From Dehalococcoidia bacterium (GTDB lineage: Bacteria > Chloroflexota > Dehalococcoidia > Bin125): DNA of 64,000 bases. The notes beneath the pieces were generated by a model. It worked only from the letters and a program-made list of their open reading frames with translations. It ran no database searches and was not told the DNA's origin. Both the position numbers and the translations under genes were made by a program. Positions 27,848 through 37,797 of the stretch are shown one piece after another. Location: the NCBI GenBank assembly GCA_965200625.1, contig OZ241375.1, positions 1,896,087 to 1,960,086 on the forward strand, read 5' to 3'. The stretch's first letter is position 1, and the number at the start of each line of letters is the position of its first letter.

Positions 27848-28795
27848 CTGCTCCGCGTCGCGATCGCCGTTGAGGCCGCGCAGATCGAGCGCGCCGTCGC
27901 CGCCTGGTCGCTGGCGGGCGTGACGACCTCCAGCGTCGAGTATCAGTTCGACGCGCACGCCGAACCGGTCGAGGAACCCTGGCCCGGGCATGACAACCGC
28001 ACGGAGCGGGCGGAGGTGGCCGCCTATCTGTCGGCGGCGCAGTGGCGTGAGCTGGAGTCCGCCGCCCGCGCCGCCGCGGCGCGGCTGTTGGACGGAGCGC
28101 CGACGTTTCACGTGAAACAATTGCCCGACCGCGACTGGCGCACCGCCTGGCATGACCACTTCGACATCGTCCGCATCCCTGCGCCGCGCCCGATCATCAT
28201 CCGCCCGCCGCACCGCCCCGTGAGCGCCGCCGACCGCGAGCGCGGCGCGCTCGTCATCGACCTCGTACCGGGCCTCGCCTTCGGGACGGGCCAGCACCAG
28301 TCCACCCGCCTCTGCCTGCGCCTGCTCGCCGAGCACGTGCAGGGCGCCGAGCATGTGCAGGGCGGCGAGCGCGTGCTTGATGTCGGCACGGGCAGCGGCG
28401 TCCTCGCCGCCGCCGCGGCCCGGCTGGGCGCAGCGTCCGTCCTGGCGACGGACATCGACCCGCTCGCCGTCGACGCCGCCCGCCAGACGATCCGCCAGAA
28501 TCAGCTTGAGGATCGGGTCGAAGTGCGGGAAGGCTCCATCCCCGCCGGCGAGACGTTCGATCTCATCACCGCCAACCTGACCGCCGACATCATCCAGTAC
28601 CTCGCCAGAGACCTGGCGAACGCGCTCAAGCCCGGCGGTCGGCTGATTGCCAGCGGCTTCATCCACGCGCGCCGCGCCGAGATCGCCGCCGCCCTCGAAG
28701 CGGTCGGCTGCAGCCTCATCCAGTCCGCGAGCGAAGACCAGTGGGTCGCCCACTTCGCTCAGCGTGCCGACGCTGGCCCGCAGATGGATCCGTAA
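27848..28795 (+). CDS. prmA: Ribosomal protein L11 methyltransferase PrmA
   Basis: DVGTGSGVLAAAAARLGAASVLATDIDP SAM-binding motif; conserved dnaJ-prmA-rsmE order. Start unclear: no ATG/GTG/TTG near the dnaJ stop, so CTG 27848 is used tentatively. The ORF-track start 27737 overlaps dnaJ. Confidence 0.75.
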   Translation: MLRVAIAVEAAQIERAVAAWSLAGVTTSSVEYQFDAHAEPVEEPWPGHDNRTERAEVAAYLSAAQWRELESAARAAAARLLDGAPTFHVKQLPDRDWRTAWHDHFDIVRIPAPRPIIIRPPHRPVSAADRERGALVIDLVPGLAFGTGQHQSTRLCLRLLAEHVQGAEHVQGGERVLDVGTGSGVLAAAAARLGAASVLATDIDPLAVDAARQTIRQNQLEDRVEVREGSIPAGETFDLITANLTADIIQYLARDLANALKPGGRLIASGFIHARRAEIAAALEAVGCSLIQSASEDQWVAHFAQRADAGPQMDP

Positions 28796-28935
28796 GCACC
28801 TCAGCTCAGCTCAACCGCGACAGCTTCTCCACCAAACGCCGCGCATCGCCGAGCGCCAGTTCGCGGTCGGCCTGCTCGAGCAGTGTCCAGCCTGCCTGTT
28901 GGTAAGTCTGGGTAGTCATGTCTGAGAGCTTATGC

Positions 28936-29715
28936 TCACCACGCTGGCGATGCGCCGCCGTCGATGTTGATGGCGCAGCCGGAGATGAAGCTGGCCGCGT
29001 CGGAGGCGAGGAAGACGATCATGTTCGCCGCCTCCTCCGAGGTGCCGATCCGCTTCACCGGGATGCCCTGGCCGACGTTCTCGAGGAACTCCTCGTAGGT
29101 CGCGTCGGGCATCCGCGCCTGGTGGAAGCCGTGCCACTGGGCGGAGTCGACCGAGCCGATGCAGGCCGCGTTGACCAGAATCTGGTCGGCGGCGACCTCC
29201 TTGCTCAGCGCCTTGGTCATCGCCAGGCCGGCGGCGCGGGAGGCGGCGGTCGGCATCGAGCCCGCGCCCGGCGTCTTGGAGCCGATGTTGAGCAGATTGA
29301 CGATCCGCCCGCCGCCGCGTTCGCGCATCAAGGGGATGCAGAGCTTCGCCAGGCGCAGCGCGGCGTAGAGCTTTAGATCCATATCGACCGCCCAGGTCTC
29401 GATGGCATGGCTCTCGATCCGCCCGGACGACGACTGCCCCGCGTTGTTGATCAGGATGTCGATGCCGCCGAAGCGCTCGACCGCCGCTGTGACGAGGCGC
29501 TCGCAGTCGGCGTCGACGGTGACGTCCATCGAGAGCGCCAGACACTCGCCGCCGACCGCCTCGACCGCCGCCCGCGCCTCGTCCAGCGGCCCCTGGCGGC
29601 GCGCGCCGATCACGACCGCCGCGCCTTCCTGCGCGAGCAGGATCGCCGTCGCGCGGCCGATGCCCTCTGAACCGCCGGTCACAATCGCTACCTTGCCGCC
29701 GAGTCCGAGCTCCAT
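28936..29715 (-). CDS. SDR-family short-chain dehydrogenase/reductase
   Basis: GKVAIVTGGSEGIGRA Rossmann motif; ATG at 29715. Confidence 0.8.
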   Translation of the reverse strand: MELGLGGKVAIVTGGSEGIGRATAILLAQEGAAVVIGARRQGPLDEARAAVEAVGGECLALSMDVTVDADCERLVTAAVERFGGIDILINNAGQSSSGRIESHAIETWAVDMDLKLYAALRLAKLCIPLMRERGGGRIVNLLNIGSKTPGAGSMPTAASRAAGLAMTKALSKEVAADQILVNAACIGSVDSAQWHGFHQARMPDATYEEFLENVGQGIPVKRIGTSEEAANMIVFLASDAASFISGCAINIDGGASPAW

Positions 29716-29843
29716 GAGTGCCGCCGTCCGTTCCAGTAGAGTGTGTACCCAGCGGAGTCTACCGCCCACTCGCTGGAGGGCTCAGCCGGATGCCCCAACA
29801 GTGCGACGCTGAACTCGCGGCCGAGCAGAGCGCGTCCGGCCTC

Positions 29844-30599
29844 ATGCCCCGCTATCTCCTGGACGACGCGGCCCGCGTCGAGGGCGACGCCGTGATCATC
29901 ACGGGCGCTCAGGCGAGCCGGCTGCGGCGGGTGCTGCGCGTCCGCCGCGGCGATCCGCTCGCGCTGCTCCATCCCGCCGCCGACCAGTGCTACCAGGCCG
30001 TCGTCGAGCGGGTCGGGCGGGAGGCGGTTCGCTGCCGCATCATCGACCGTCGTCCGCGCCGTCCGCTGCCGCCGCCGCGGATCATCCTCGCGGCGGCGCT
30101 GCTCCGTCCGCAGCGCTACGACTTCCTGATCGAGAAGGCGACCGAGCTGGGCGCGGCGGCGATCCGCCCGGTCTGGTCGGAGCGGACGCGGAGCCGCGCC
30201 GCCGCCGGCGAGGCGCAATTGTCGCAGCCGTCGCGGCGGTCGCGCTGGCGCCGCCTGGCGCTCGAGGCCGCCGAGCAGTCGCGGCGCGAGTACCCGCCCG
30301 AGATTGATCCGCCGGTTGCGCTCAGCGACCTGCTGGCGGAGCCAATCCCGCCCCGCGCCCTGCGCCTGATCGCCTCGCCGGCTGAGCCTGAGCAGCGCAT
30401 AGCCGACGTCTTCCAGCAGCAGCCCGCTCCCGACGCAGTGCATCTGCTGATCGGTCCCGAAGGCGGCTTCACCGCAGCCGAGTCCAGCCAGGCGCACAGC
30501 AACGGTTGGCAACCAGTCTCATTAGGCAACCGCCCCCTCCGAGCCGAAACCGCCGCCCTGGTCGCCCTCACCCACACCCTCGAAGCCGCCCGCTCCTAG
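29844..30599 (+). CDS. rsmE: 16S rRNA (uracil1498-N3)-methyltransferase RsmE
   Basis: C-terminal LIGPEGGFTAAE and RPLRAETAAL motifs; MPRYLLDD start. Confidence 0.8.
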   Translation: MPRYLLDDAARVEGDAVIITGAQASRLRRVLRVRRGDPLALLHPAADQCYQAVVERVGREAVRCRIIDRRPRRPLPPPRIILAAALLRPQRYDFLIEKATELGAAAIRPVWSERTRSRAAAGEAQLSQPSRRSRWRRLALEAAEQSRREYPPEIDPPVALSDLLAEPIPPRALRLIASPAEPEQRIADVFQQQPAPDAVHLLIGPEGGFTAAESSQAHSNGWQPVSLGNRPLRAETAALVALTHTLEAARS

Positions 30600-30600
30600 C

Positions 30601-31030
30601 CAATCCGCCGTTCCCACCCCTCCCTCTTCCGTCATTCCTGCGCCTCCTTCCGTCATTCCTGCGAAAGCAGGAACCCATCCGCTACCGTTACTTCCGCTTC
30701 TCCACCCCCACTCTCTGTGCGTCGTTTCCGCGAAAGCGGGAACCTCGTCGCTGGGACGCGGCGGCGAGCATCGCTGGATTCCTGCTTTCGCAGGAATGAC
30801 GGAGGGGAGCGCAGAAACGGCGAAGGGGAGCGCAGAAACGACGGAGGGGAGCGCAGGAATGACGGAGGGGAGCGCAGGAACGACGGAGGTCAGCGCTCCC
30901 CCTTTGGGGGAGCTGTCGCGCAGCGACTGAGGGGGGCTTCTCCGAAGCAACGGGACAGCGCTGGGTGTAGTCACCCTAGGGGTTCCCGCTTGCGCGGGAA
31001 TGACGGAGAGGGGAGCGGGAACGATGGGTG
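30601..31030. repeat. Composite MITE-like repeat region with several hairpin modules (TCATTCCTGCGAAAGCAGGAAC, GAGCTGTCGCGCAGCGACTGAGGGGGG and others)
   Basis: Same motif family as 4160-4600. Confidence 0.8.
30793..30897. repeat. 21-bp tandem repeat x5 (GGAATGACGGAGGGGAGCGCA and variants)
   Basis: Five head-to-tail 21-bp units with no spacers; the unit is a half-site of the MITE terminal hairpin. Confidence 0.85.
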
Positions 31031-31041
31031 CGCGAACTGCG

Positions 31042-32211
31042 TCACGACCTTTGGGCGAGGTTGGTGCTGCTGAGCGCGTTGGCGGTGTTGAGCTCTTGGT
31101 GAGGGTCGGGGAATTCGAGGCGGCGCAGCCAGGGGAGAGGGTTGACGGTGACCCCGCGCACCACGATCTCCCAGTGCAGGTGGGGGCCGGTCGCCAGCCC
31201 GGTCGCGCCGATTCGCGCGATCAGATTGCCCTGCTCGACGACCGCGCCGGCGCGCTGCAGGACCTCTGAGAGGTGGTAGTAGCCGCTGAAGACGCCGGCT
31301 CCGTGATCGATGATCAGCCCGTTCCCCCGCCGCCGCGTGCGGCCGACCCAGCTGACGATCCCGCTGTTTGCCGCAGTCACGCCCGAGCCGGTCTGACCGC
31401 CGAAGTCGAGGCCGGTGTGGTACTCCGCGATCGGCCCGCCGTTGAAGGAGCGCTGCTCTCCGTAGAGCGCCGTGATTGTCCCCTGCGCCGGTGGATCGAA
31501 GACGCCCAGCCAGTGCAGCTGGGTCGTCAACTGGCTCTGGAACGGGAGCCGCAGCGCCTGATCCTCGGCGCGCACCGCCGGCGTGAGCAGCAGCTGGTTG
31601 GGCCCGTCGATGCGGATGTCGTCCACCGTCCACTCGACCGCCTCGATCTCGATCACCGTCTCCTGCCAGAGCAGCTGCTCGCCGTTCGGCGCCCAGACGG
31701 CGACGGCCAGCGACTGGGGCCCGACCGCCGCGTTGGCGTCGATGCCGAGGAAGCCGAGGAAGCGATCGCCGTTGCGCAGCAGCGAGAACGTCTGGCCCTG
31801 CCAGGCCATCGCCGCCGTGCCCGCGCCCGGCGCGTCGATCAGCAGCAGCACCGTCTGCCCCTGCCCGACCGGACTGGGGATGATGTAGACCAAGGGTTCC
31901 GTCAGCGGCCCGGCCGGACCAACCGTCCCCGCTGGCTCGGTCTCGACCTCCGCCTCCGCCGCTGCTTGGGCTTGGGACGGGGCGTCGGTCTGCGCCGCCG
32001 GCGCGTCATCATCACCCGCCGGGGAGGGCGTCGGCGGGGGCGCGGCGGCGAATGGATCGAGATCGTCGCCGCCGCAGGCCGTGAGCAGCACCCCCGCGCC
32101 CGCGCCGACCAGCGCGCGCAGCAGCGTCCGCCGACTCAGGCGCAGCGGTCCGCGGACGATCCGTTCGAGGCCAGGTGATTGGGGCAGCGATTGCGTCGGG
32201 GGCTCGATCAT
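31042..32211 (-). CDS. M23/LytM-family metallopeptidase, Tat/lipoprotein-type signal
   Basis: RRTLLRALVGAGAGVLLTAC signal; HTGLDF and GPHLHWE metal-binding motifs. Confidence 0.8.
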   Translation of the reverse strand: MIEPPTQSLPQSPGLERIVRGPLRLSRRTLLRALVGAGAGVLLTACGGDDLDPFAAAPPPTPSPAGDDDAPAAQTDAPSQAQAAAEAEVETEPAGTVGPAGPLTEPLVYIIPSPVGQGQTVLLLIDAPGAGTAAMAWQGQTFSLLRNGDRFLGFLGIDANAAVGPQSLAVAVWAPNGEQLLWQETVIEIEAVEWTVDDIRIDGPNQLLLTPAVRAEDQALRLPFQSQLTTQLHWLGVFDPPAQGTITALYGEQRSFNGGPIAEYHTGLDFGGQTGSGVTAANSGIVSWVGRTRRRGNGLIIDHGAGVFSGYYHLSEVLQRAGAVVEQGNLIARIGATGLATGPHLHWEIVVRGVTVNPLPWLRRLEFPDPHQELNTANALSSTNLAQRS

Positions 32212-32295
32212 GGCGACGAAACTACTTTACACATATCAGTTACGCTCTCAATACGTGCCCTTTCCAGCAGACGCCTGTAAGCGGAGAACTTCCCG

Positions 32296-33246
<951 letters not shown>

Positions 33247-33287
33247 GCGCGCGGCGCGTCGGCCCGTGCTGTGAAACGGGCTAGATC

Positions 33288-34718
33288 GTGCGCGGCCTCG
33301 GCAGAGTCCTGAGCAGCCCCTTCCGCCGCGCCTGGCGGGCGACCTTCGGCACGCGCCGCTCGCTCAGCATCGTCGTCACCCTGACGATCGTCGCCTTCGC
33401 CGTCGGCTTCGCCTCCAACTACTGGCTCCCCCAGCGGCTCGGCTACACGCTGCTCTTCGGCATCGCCCTGGCCGCGTTCTGGACCTGGTCCTCGGGCCAG
33501 GGCGTGCGCGTGCGGATGTCGCGCTCGCGCGACCGCGTCCAGGCGGGCGAGTCGATCATCGAGCGCTTTGAAGTGATCAACGACTCCGCCTTCCCCAAGC
33601 TCTGGCTGGAGGTCGAAGAGACCTCCGACCTGCCCGGCCACACCGCCCAGTTCGTCACCTCGCTGGGCCGCGCCAGCCACCGCAACTGGCGCGTCCAGAC
33701 CGCCTGCCAACGGCGCGGGCTGTACAACCTGGGCCCGATCACCGTGCGCAGCTCCGATCCGTTCGACATCTTCCACCGCGAAATGCGCTTCGGGCATCGG
33801 CGCGGCCTGGTTGTCTATCCGCGCGCGCTCGAGCTGCCGCGCTACTCCGCGCCGCCCGCCAACCTGCCAGGTGAAGGCCGCTTCCGCCGCCGCACCCATT
33901 ACGTCACGCCCAACGCCTCCGGCATCCGCGACTACGAGGCCGGCGACTCCGTCAACCGCATCCACTGGAAGAGCAGCCTGCGCACGGGCTCGCTCAAGGT
34001 CAAGACCTTCGAGCTTGACCCCGCCTCGCATCTCTGGGTGATCCTCGACCTCTCCAGTCAGGATCACATCGGCAGCGGCGACGACGCCTCGATCGAGACC
34101 GCCGTGACCGTCGCCGCCTCAGTCGTGCGGCTGTTCATCAATCAGAACCGCTCCGTCGGGCTGATGATGTTCGGCGAGCGGCTTGACGTGATCGAGCCCG
34201 ACCGCGGCTCCCAGCACTTCGGGCGGATGCTCGAAGCGCTGGCCGTCGCGCAGCCCGTCGGGACCGTGCCGGTCGCCTCGATCCTCTACCAGCAGTCGCG
34301 CCGCTGGGGTCGGCATACGACCGTGATCGTGATCACCGCCTCGACCGATCCGCGCTGGCAGGGCGCGATCCGCACGCTCACCCAACGCGGCGTCAAGGCG
34401 GCGGTGGCGATGCTTGACCTCGAATCGTGGGGCGGGCGCGGCGGGGCGGCGGCGACCGCCGTCGAGCTGCGCGCGCTGGGCGTACAGGTCAACCTGATCC
34501 GCAAGGGTGACCACATCCCCGCCGTGATGGTCGGCCAGATTCCCGGCGGCGGCCGCGCCGCCGGCGCGAGCGCCAACGGAGCCGGCGGCTCCGCGCCAGC
34601 CGCCCCGACTGGACCAGCCACCGCGCAAGCCAACCTGGAACTCGAAGATGCGCTCGCGGAAGCCGACTGGCGGGCGGCTGAGAGCAGCGGCGCGGCGGAA
34701 GAAACGAGCGTCCGATGA
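33288..34718 (+). CDS. DUF58 (vWA-like) protein, MoxR partner
   Basis: DSVNRIHWKSSLRTGSLKVKTFE DUF58 signature; N-terminal TM segments. Confidence 0.8.
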   Translation: MRGLGRVLSSPFRRAWRATFGTRRSLSIVVTLTIVAFAVGFASNYWLPQRLGYTLLFGIALAAFWTWSSGQGVRVRMSRSRDRVQAGESIIERFEVINDSAFPKLWLEVEETSDLPGHTAQFVTSLGRASHRNWRVQTACQRRGLYNLGPITVRSSDPFDIFHREMRFGHRRGLVVYPRALELPRYSAPPANLPGEGRFRRRTHYVTPNASGIRDYEAGDSVNRIHWKSSLRTGSLKVKTFELDPASHLWVILDLSSQDHIGSGDDASIETAVTVAASVVRLFINQNRSVGLMMFGERLDVIEPDRGSQHFGRMLEALAVAQPVGTVPVASILYQQSRRWGRHTTVIVITASTDPRWQGAIRTLTQRGVKAAVAMLDLESWGGRGGAAATAVELRALGVQVNLIRKGDHIPAVMVGQIPGGGRAAGASANGAGGSAPAAPTGPATAQANLELEDALAEADWRAAESSGAAEETSVR

Positions 34719-37576
34719 GCGCTCAACCGCCCGCCCACGACGGCGCTACCGAACCGACGACGCTCGCCGCCCAGGCCGAGCGCCGCTTCTTCGCCCGCCG
34801 CGCGAATGCGGAGACGCTCGTCGTCTCCGGACAGCAGGAGGCGCTCTCGCGCAGCCGCCGCGCGCTGGAGACGACGATCACCTTCGGCATCCTGCTGCTG
34901 GTCGCGCTCTCCGCGGCGAACAGCATCTACATCGCCGGCTGGGTCGAGCAGATGCCCGATCTGCGCATCACCGCCGCGGCCGCGGTGTTGCTCGCGCTCG
35001 GCCTGGGCCGCGTCGCCTGGCTGCGCTGGCCGCTGGCGATGCTGCTCGGGATCGTCGTCGGCGGGCTGATCATCATGGCGCAGGTCACCCAGCTCGAGAC
35101 GCTCGGCGGCCAGCCGCTCTTCTGGGATCGCTTCACCGACTTCGGCTTCCGCTTCCAGGACTGGTTCCGGCAAGCGTTCAGCGCCGGCCTGACGACCGAC
35201 AACCTGCCCTTCGTCTTCTTCACCGACGTGTTCGTCTTCATCGCCTCGTTCCTGGGCGCCTACGCGGTCGCCCGCTGGCGCAACGCCTGGGTGGCGATGA
35301 TCCTGCTCGGCGCGCTGCTGGCCGTCAACGTCTCCTACCTCTCCGACCGCCAGTGGAACCTCTCCTACGGTTTTTTCCTGACCGGCTCGATGCTGCTCCT
35401 GATGCGCGCCTCGCTGCTGCGCCGCATGGATCGCTGGCGCGTGCAGGGCTCCGCCTATCCCGACTGGATCTCGCTCTCCTTCCTCGGCGCGACGATGCTC
35501 GCCATCATCCTCCTGCTCAGCCTCTCCCGCGCACTCCCGCGCCCCGATGAGTCGCAGGAGCTGGAAGACGCCTGGGCCGCGATCGCCGAGCCGTTCGAGG
35601 GGCTCAACGACGACTTCCGCCGCCTGTTTAGCGGGATCGACTCGCGCCGCGGTGTGCCCGTCCACTCGTTCGACGACTTCCTCGTCCTGCAGGGCGACGT
35701 TGATCCGGGCGACGCGATCATCATGCGCGCCGCCGCGACCGAATCCGGCCTGCTGCGCGGCGCGGCCTACGACGAGTACACCGGCCGCGGCTGGCGGCAG
35801 TCGCCCTCCGTCGCGCGGCGGGTGGAGGAGCTGGAACCGATCAGCGGAACCGCCGCGACCGATGAGACCTCCGTCGGCAACGACGGCGGAATCCTGACCA
35901 GCGAGTACCTCGACCGCCGCCCCGTCGCCGCGCAGATCTCGGTCGAGAAGTCGCCCGCCGTGCTGTTCTCCTTCGGCGCGCCGCTGATCGCGAACAAGGA
36001 CACGCGCGTCGACACGCTCGCGTCGGTCGATTTCAGCGTCGACTTCGATGCGCCCGAGCGCTTCACCGGTACCGATCTGGAGCTCGCGCTCTCGGCGATC
36101 AGCGACCGCATCGCCGCCGGCCGCGCCGATCCGGAGGATGACGTCGAGCTGCCCTCGCCGGACGAGGTCGCCTCCTACGTGCCCGCGCAGTACACGCTGG
36201 TTGACGTCGAGATCGATTCCCGCAGCGGCGCGCCGGTCGGGCTGCAGCTGCGCTCGATCCCTGAGGAGACCGACGTGCTCTCGCTGCGTCCCGCGCAACG
36301 CCGCGTGCGGGCCGGCTACACCTACCAGATCACCGGCACCGTCTCTGGCGCCAACGAGGAGGCGCTGGCCGCCGCGGGTCACGACTATTCGCTCTGGGTC
36401 ACCGAGACCTTCCTCCAACTGCCCGATTACGACGATGAGCAGCGCGGCAACCTCGAGCGGATGGTGAGCACGATCGCGGGCAGCTTCGGGCTCGCGCCCG
36501 ACCCGGCGCGGGAGGACGGTGGCTACAACCCCTACGCCATCGCCTCGGCGGTGGAAATCTATCTGCGCTCCGCCCCCGCCGTGGACGAGAACGGGCGCAT
36601 CGTCCGCGACGACGACGGCGAGCCGATCCCGCTCTACCCGCTGACCACCGACATCGAGCTGCCGCCGGCCAAGGCGGACGCGGTCTACTGGTTCCTCTTC
36701 GAGAACCTTGAGGACGGCCGGCCGATCGGCGGCTACTACGACTACCACGCCTCCGCGATGGCGGTGCTGCTGCGCGTCGCAGGCGTGCCGGCGCGGATCG
36801 CGACCGGCTTCGTGCTCAGCGGCAACAACTTCGACGACCGCACCCAGAACTACATCGTGCGCGGTCACGACGCCTACGCCTGGGTCGAGGTCTATTTCCC
36901 CGACTACGGCTGGGTCGACTTCGACCCGACGCCCAGCTCCTCAGCGGACGAGGCGCTCGCCTCGATCGCCGGCGGCGGAGTCGGCGTCGGCCCGCGCATC
37001 GCCGCCCAACGCCTGGCCACGCCGCGCTTCGATCTGCGCCCCGGCCTCGGCGGTCAGAGCCTGGCCGATGTCGTGCTGGACGACATCCTCCAGTACCTGG
37101 CCGCCGGCACGCTGCCCGGCGACAACCTGGAGCTCCAGCGGGGACCGAGCCAGTGGCTCTGGCTGGGGCCGACGATCGCCGTGGCCGCCGTGGCCGGCGT
37201 GCTGCTGCTCTTCTGGCTGGTCTGGCGCTTCTCCCTGCGCGGCCTCGAGCCGACCGCGCGGCTTTGGGTCTCGACGACCCACCTCGCCCGCTGGACAGGG
37301 ATCGGAGCCGACGCTTCGACCACGCCGCAGGAACACGCGCGGCGGATCGACGAACGGCTCGGACTCGGCCAGCCGGCGCTCGACCTCGCCGATCACTACA
37401 CCGCCACCCGCTTCGGCCGCAAAACGCTCAGCGACGACGAGCGCGAGGCGGCGGCGCAGCTCTGGAAGCTGCTCAGGGTCCGCCTGCTCCGCCAGGCGCT
37501 CCGAATCCCCGCCAAACCCGAGCCTGCGGAAGAACCCGAGATCGAACCAACCGCCCCCGCCCCCGCGGGCGACTAG
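34715..37576 (+). CDS. Multi-pass membrane transglutaminase-like protein (catalytic Cys apparently replaced by Tyr)
   Basis: 953 aa. TGase-like core GGYYDYHASAMAVLLRVAGVPARIATGF...RGHDAYAWVEVYFPDYGWVDFDPT retains His and Asp, but Tyr sits at the expected Cys position. Start overlaps the DUF58 stop (ATGA). Confidence 0.7.
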   Translation: MSAQPPAHDGATEPTTLAAQAERRFFARRANAETLVVSGQQEALSRSRRALETTITFGILLLVALSAANSIYIAGWVEQMPDLRITAAAAVLLALGLGRVAWLRWPLAMLLGIVVGGLIIMAQVTQLETLGGQPLFWDRFTDFGFRFQDWFRQAFSAGLTTDNLPFVFFTDVFVFIASFLGAYAVARWRNAWVAMILLGALLAVNVSYLSDRQWNLSYGFFLTGSMLLLMRASLLRRMDRWRVQGSAYPDWISLSFLGATMLAIILLLSLSRALPRPDESQELEDAWAAIAEPFEGLNDDFRRLFSGIDSRRGVPVHSFDDFLVLQGDVDPGDAIIMRAAATESGLLRGAAYDEYTGRGWRQSPSVARRVEELEPISGTAATDETSVGNDGGILTSEYLDRRPVAAQISVEKSPAVLFSFGAPLIANKDTRVDTLASVDFSVDFDAPERFTGTDLELALSAISDRIAAGRADPEDDVELPSPDEVASYVPAQYTLVDVEIDSRSGAPVGLQLRSIPEETDVLSLRPAQRRVRAGYTYQITGTVSGANEEALAAAGHDYSLWVTETFLQLPDYDDEQRGNLERMVSTIAGSFGLAPDPAREDGGYNPYAIASAVEIYLRSAPAVDENGRIVRDDDGEPIPLYPLTTDIELPPAKADAVYWFLFENLEDGRPIGGYYDYHASAMAVLLRVAGVPARIATGFVLSGNNFDDRTQNYIVRGHDAYAWVEVYFPDYGWVDFDPTPSSSADEALASIAGGGVGVGPRIAAQRLATPRFDLRPGLGGQSLADVVLDDILQYLAAGTLPGDNLELQRGPSQWLWLGPTIAVAAVAGVLLLFWLVWRFSLRGLEPTARLWVSTTHLARWTGIGADASTTPQEHARRIDERLGLGQPALDLADHYTATRFGRKTLSDDEREAAAQLWKLLRVRLLRQALRIPAKPEPAEEPEIEPTAPAPAGD

Positions 37577-37595
37577 CCAGCCCCCTTGAGAGAGC

Positions 37596-37770
37596 ACTAC
37601 TCGCCGTCGTTCCTGCGAAAGCAGGAACCCACGCGGAGGTCGCGCTCGTCTCCCTGAGTTGAGCGATCACGGTTCAGACCAGGTGCGGGGACCGCGGCAT
37701 TTTTGGCACTTGGGCGACGGTTTCGGCCATGGTCTGGGTTCCTGCTTTCGCGGGAACGACGGAGCCTGTG
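37596..37770. repeat. MITE-like repeat elements (two opposed terminal-hairpin modules) between convergent operons
   Basis: CCGTCGTTCCTGCGAAAGCAGGAACCC at 37606-37632 and GGTTCCTGCTTTCGCGGGAACGACGG at 37738-37763. Confidence 0.75.
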
Positions 37771-37797
37771 TGCGGGGTGGTGCTCTGACCTTCGTTG

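Noticed and set aside
30793-30897. Possible CRISPR array (regular 21-bp repeats)
   Set aside because: Units are directly adjacent with no unique spacers and are far shorter than a CRISPR repeat-spacer period. They are a tandem repeat of a MITE half-site.
30717-31073. ORF encoding RRNDGGE peptide repeats
   Set aside because: It is the conceptual translation of the 21-bp DNA tandem repeat and MITE modules, and there is no supporting gene context.
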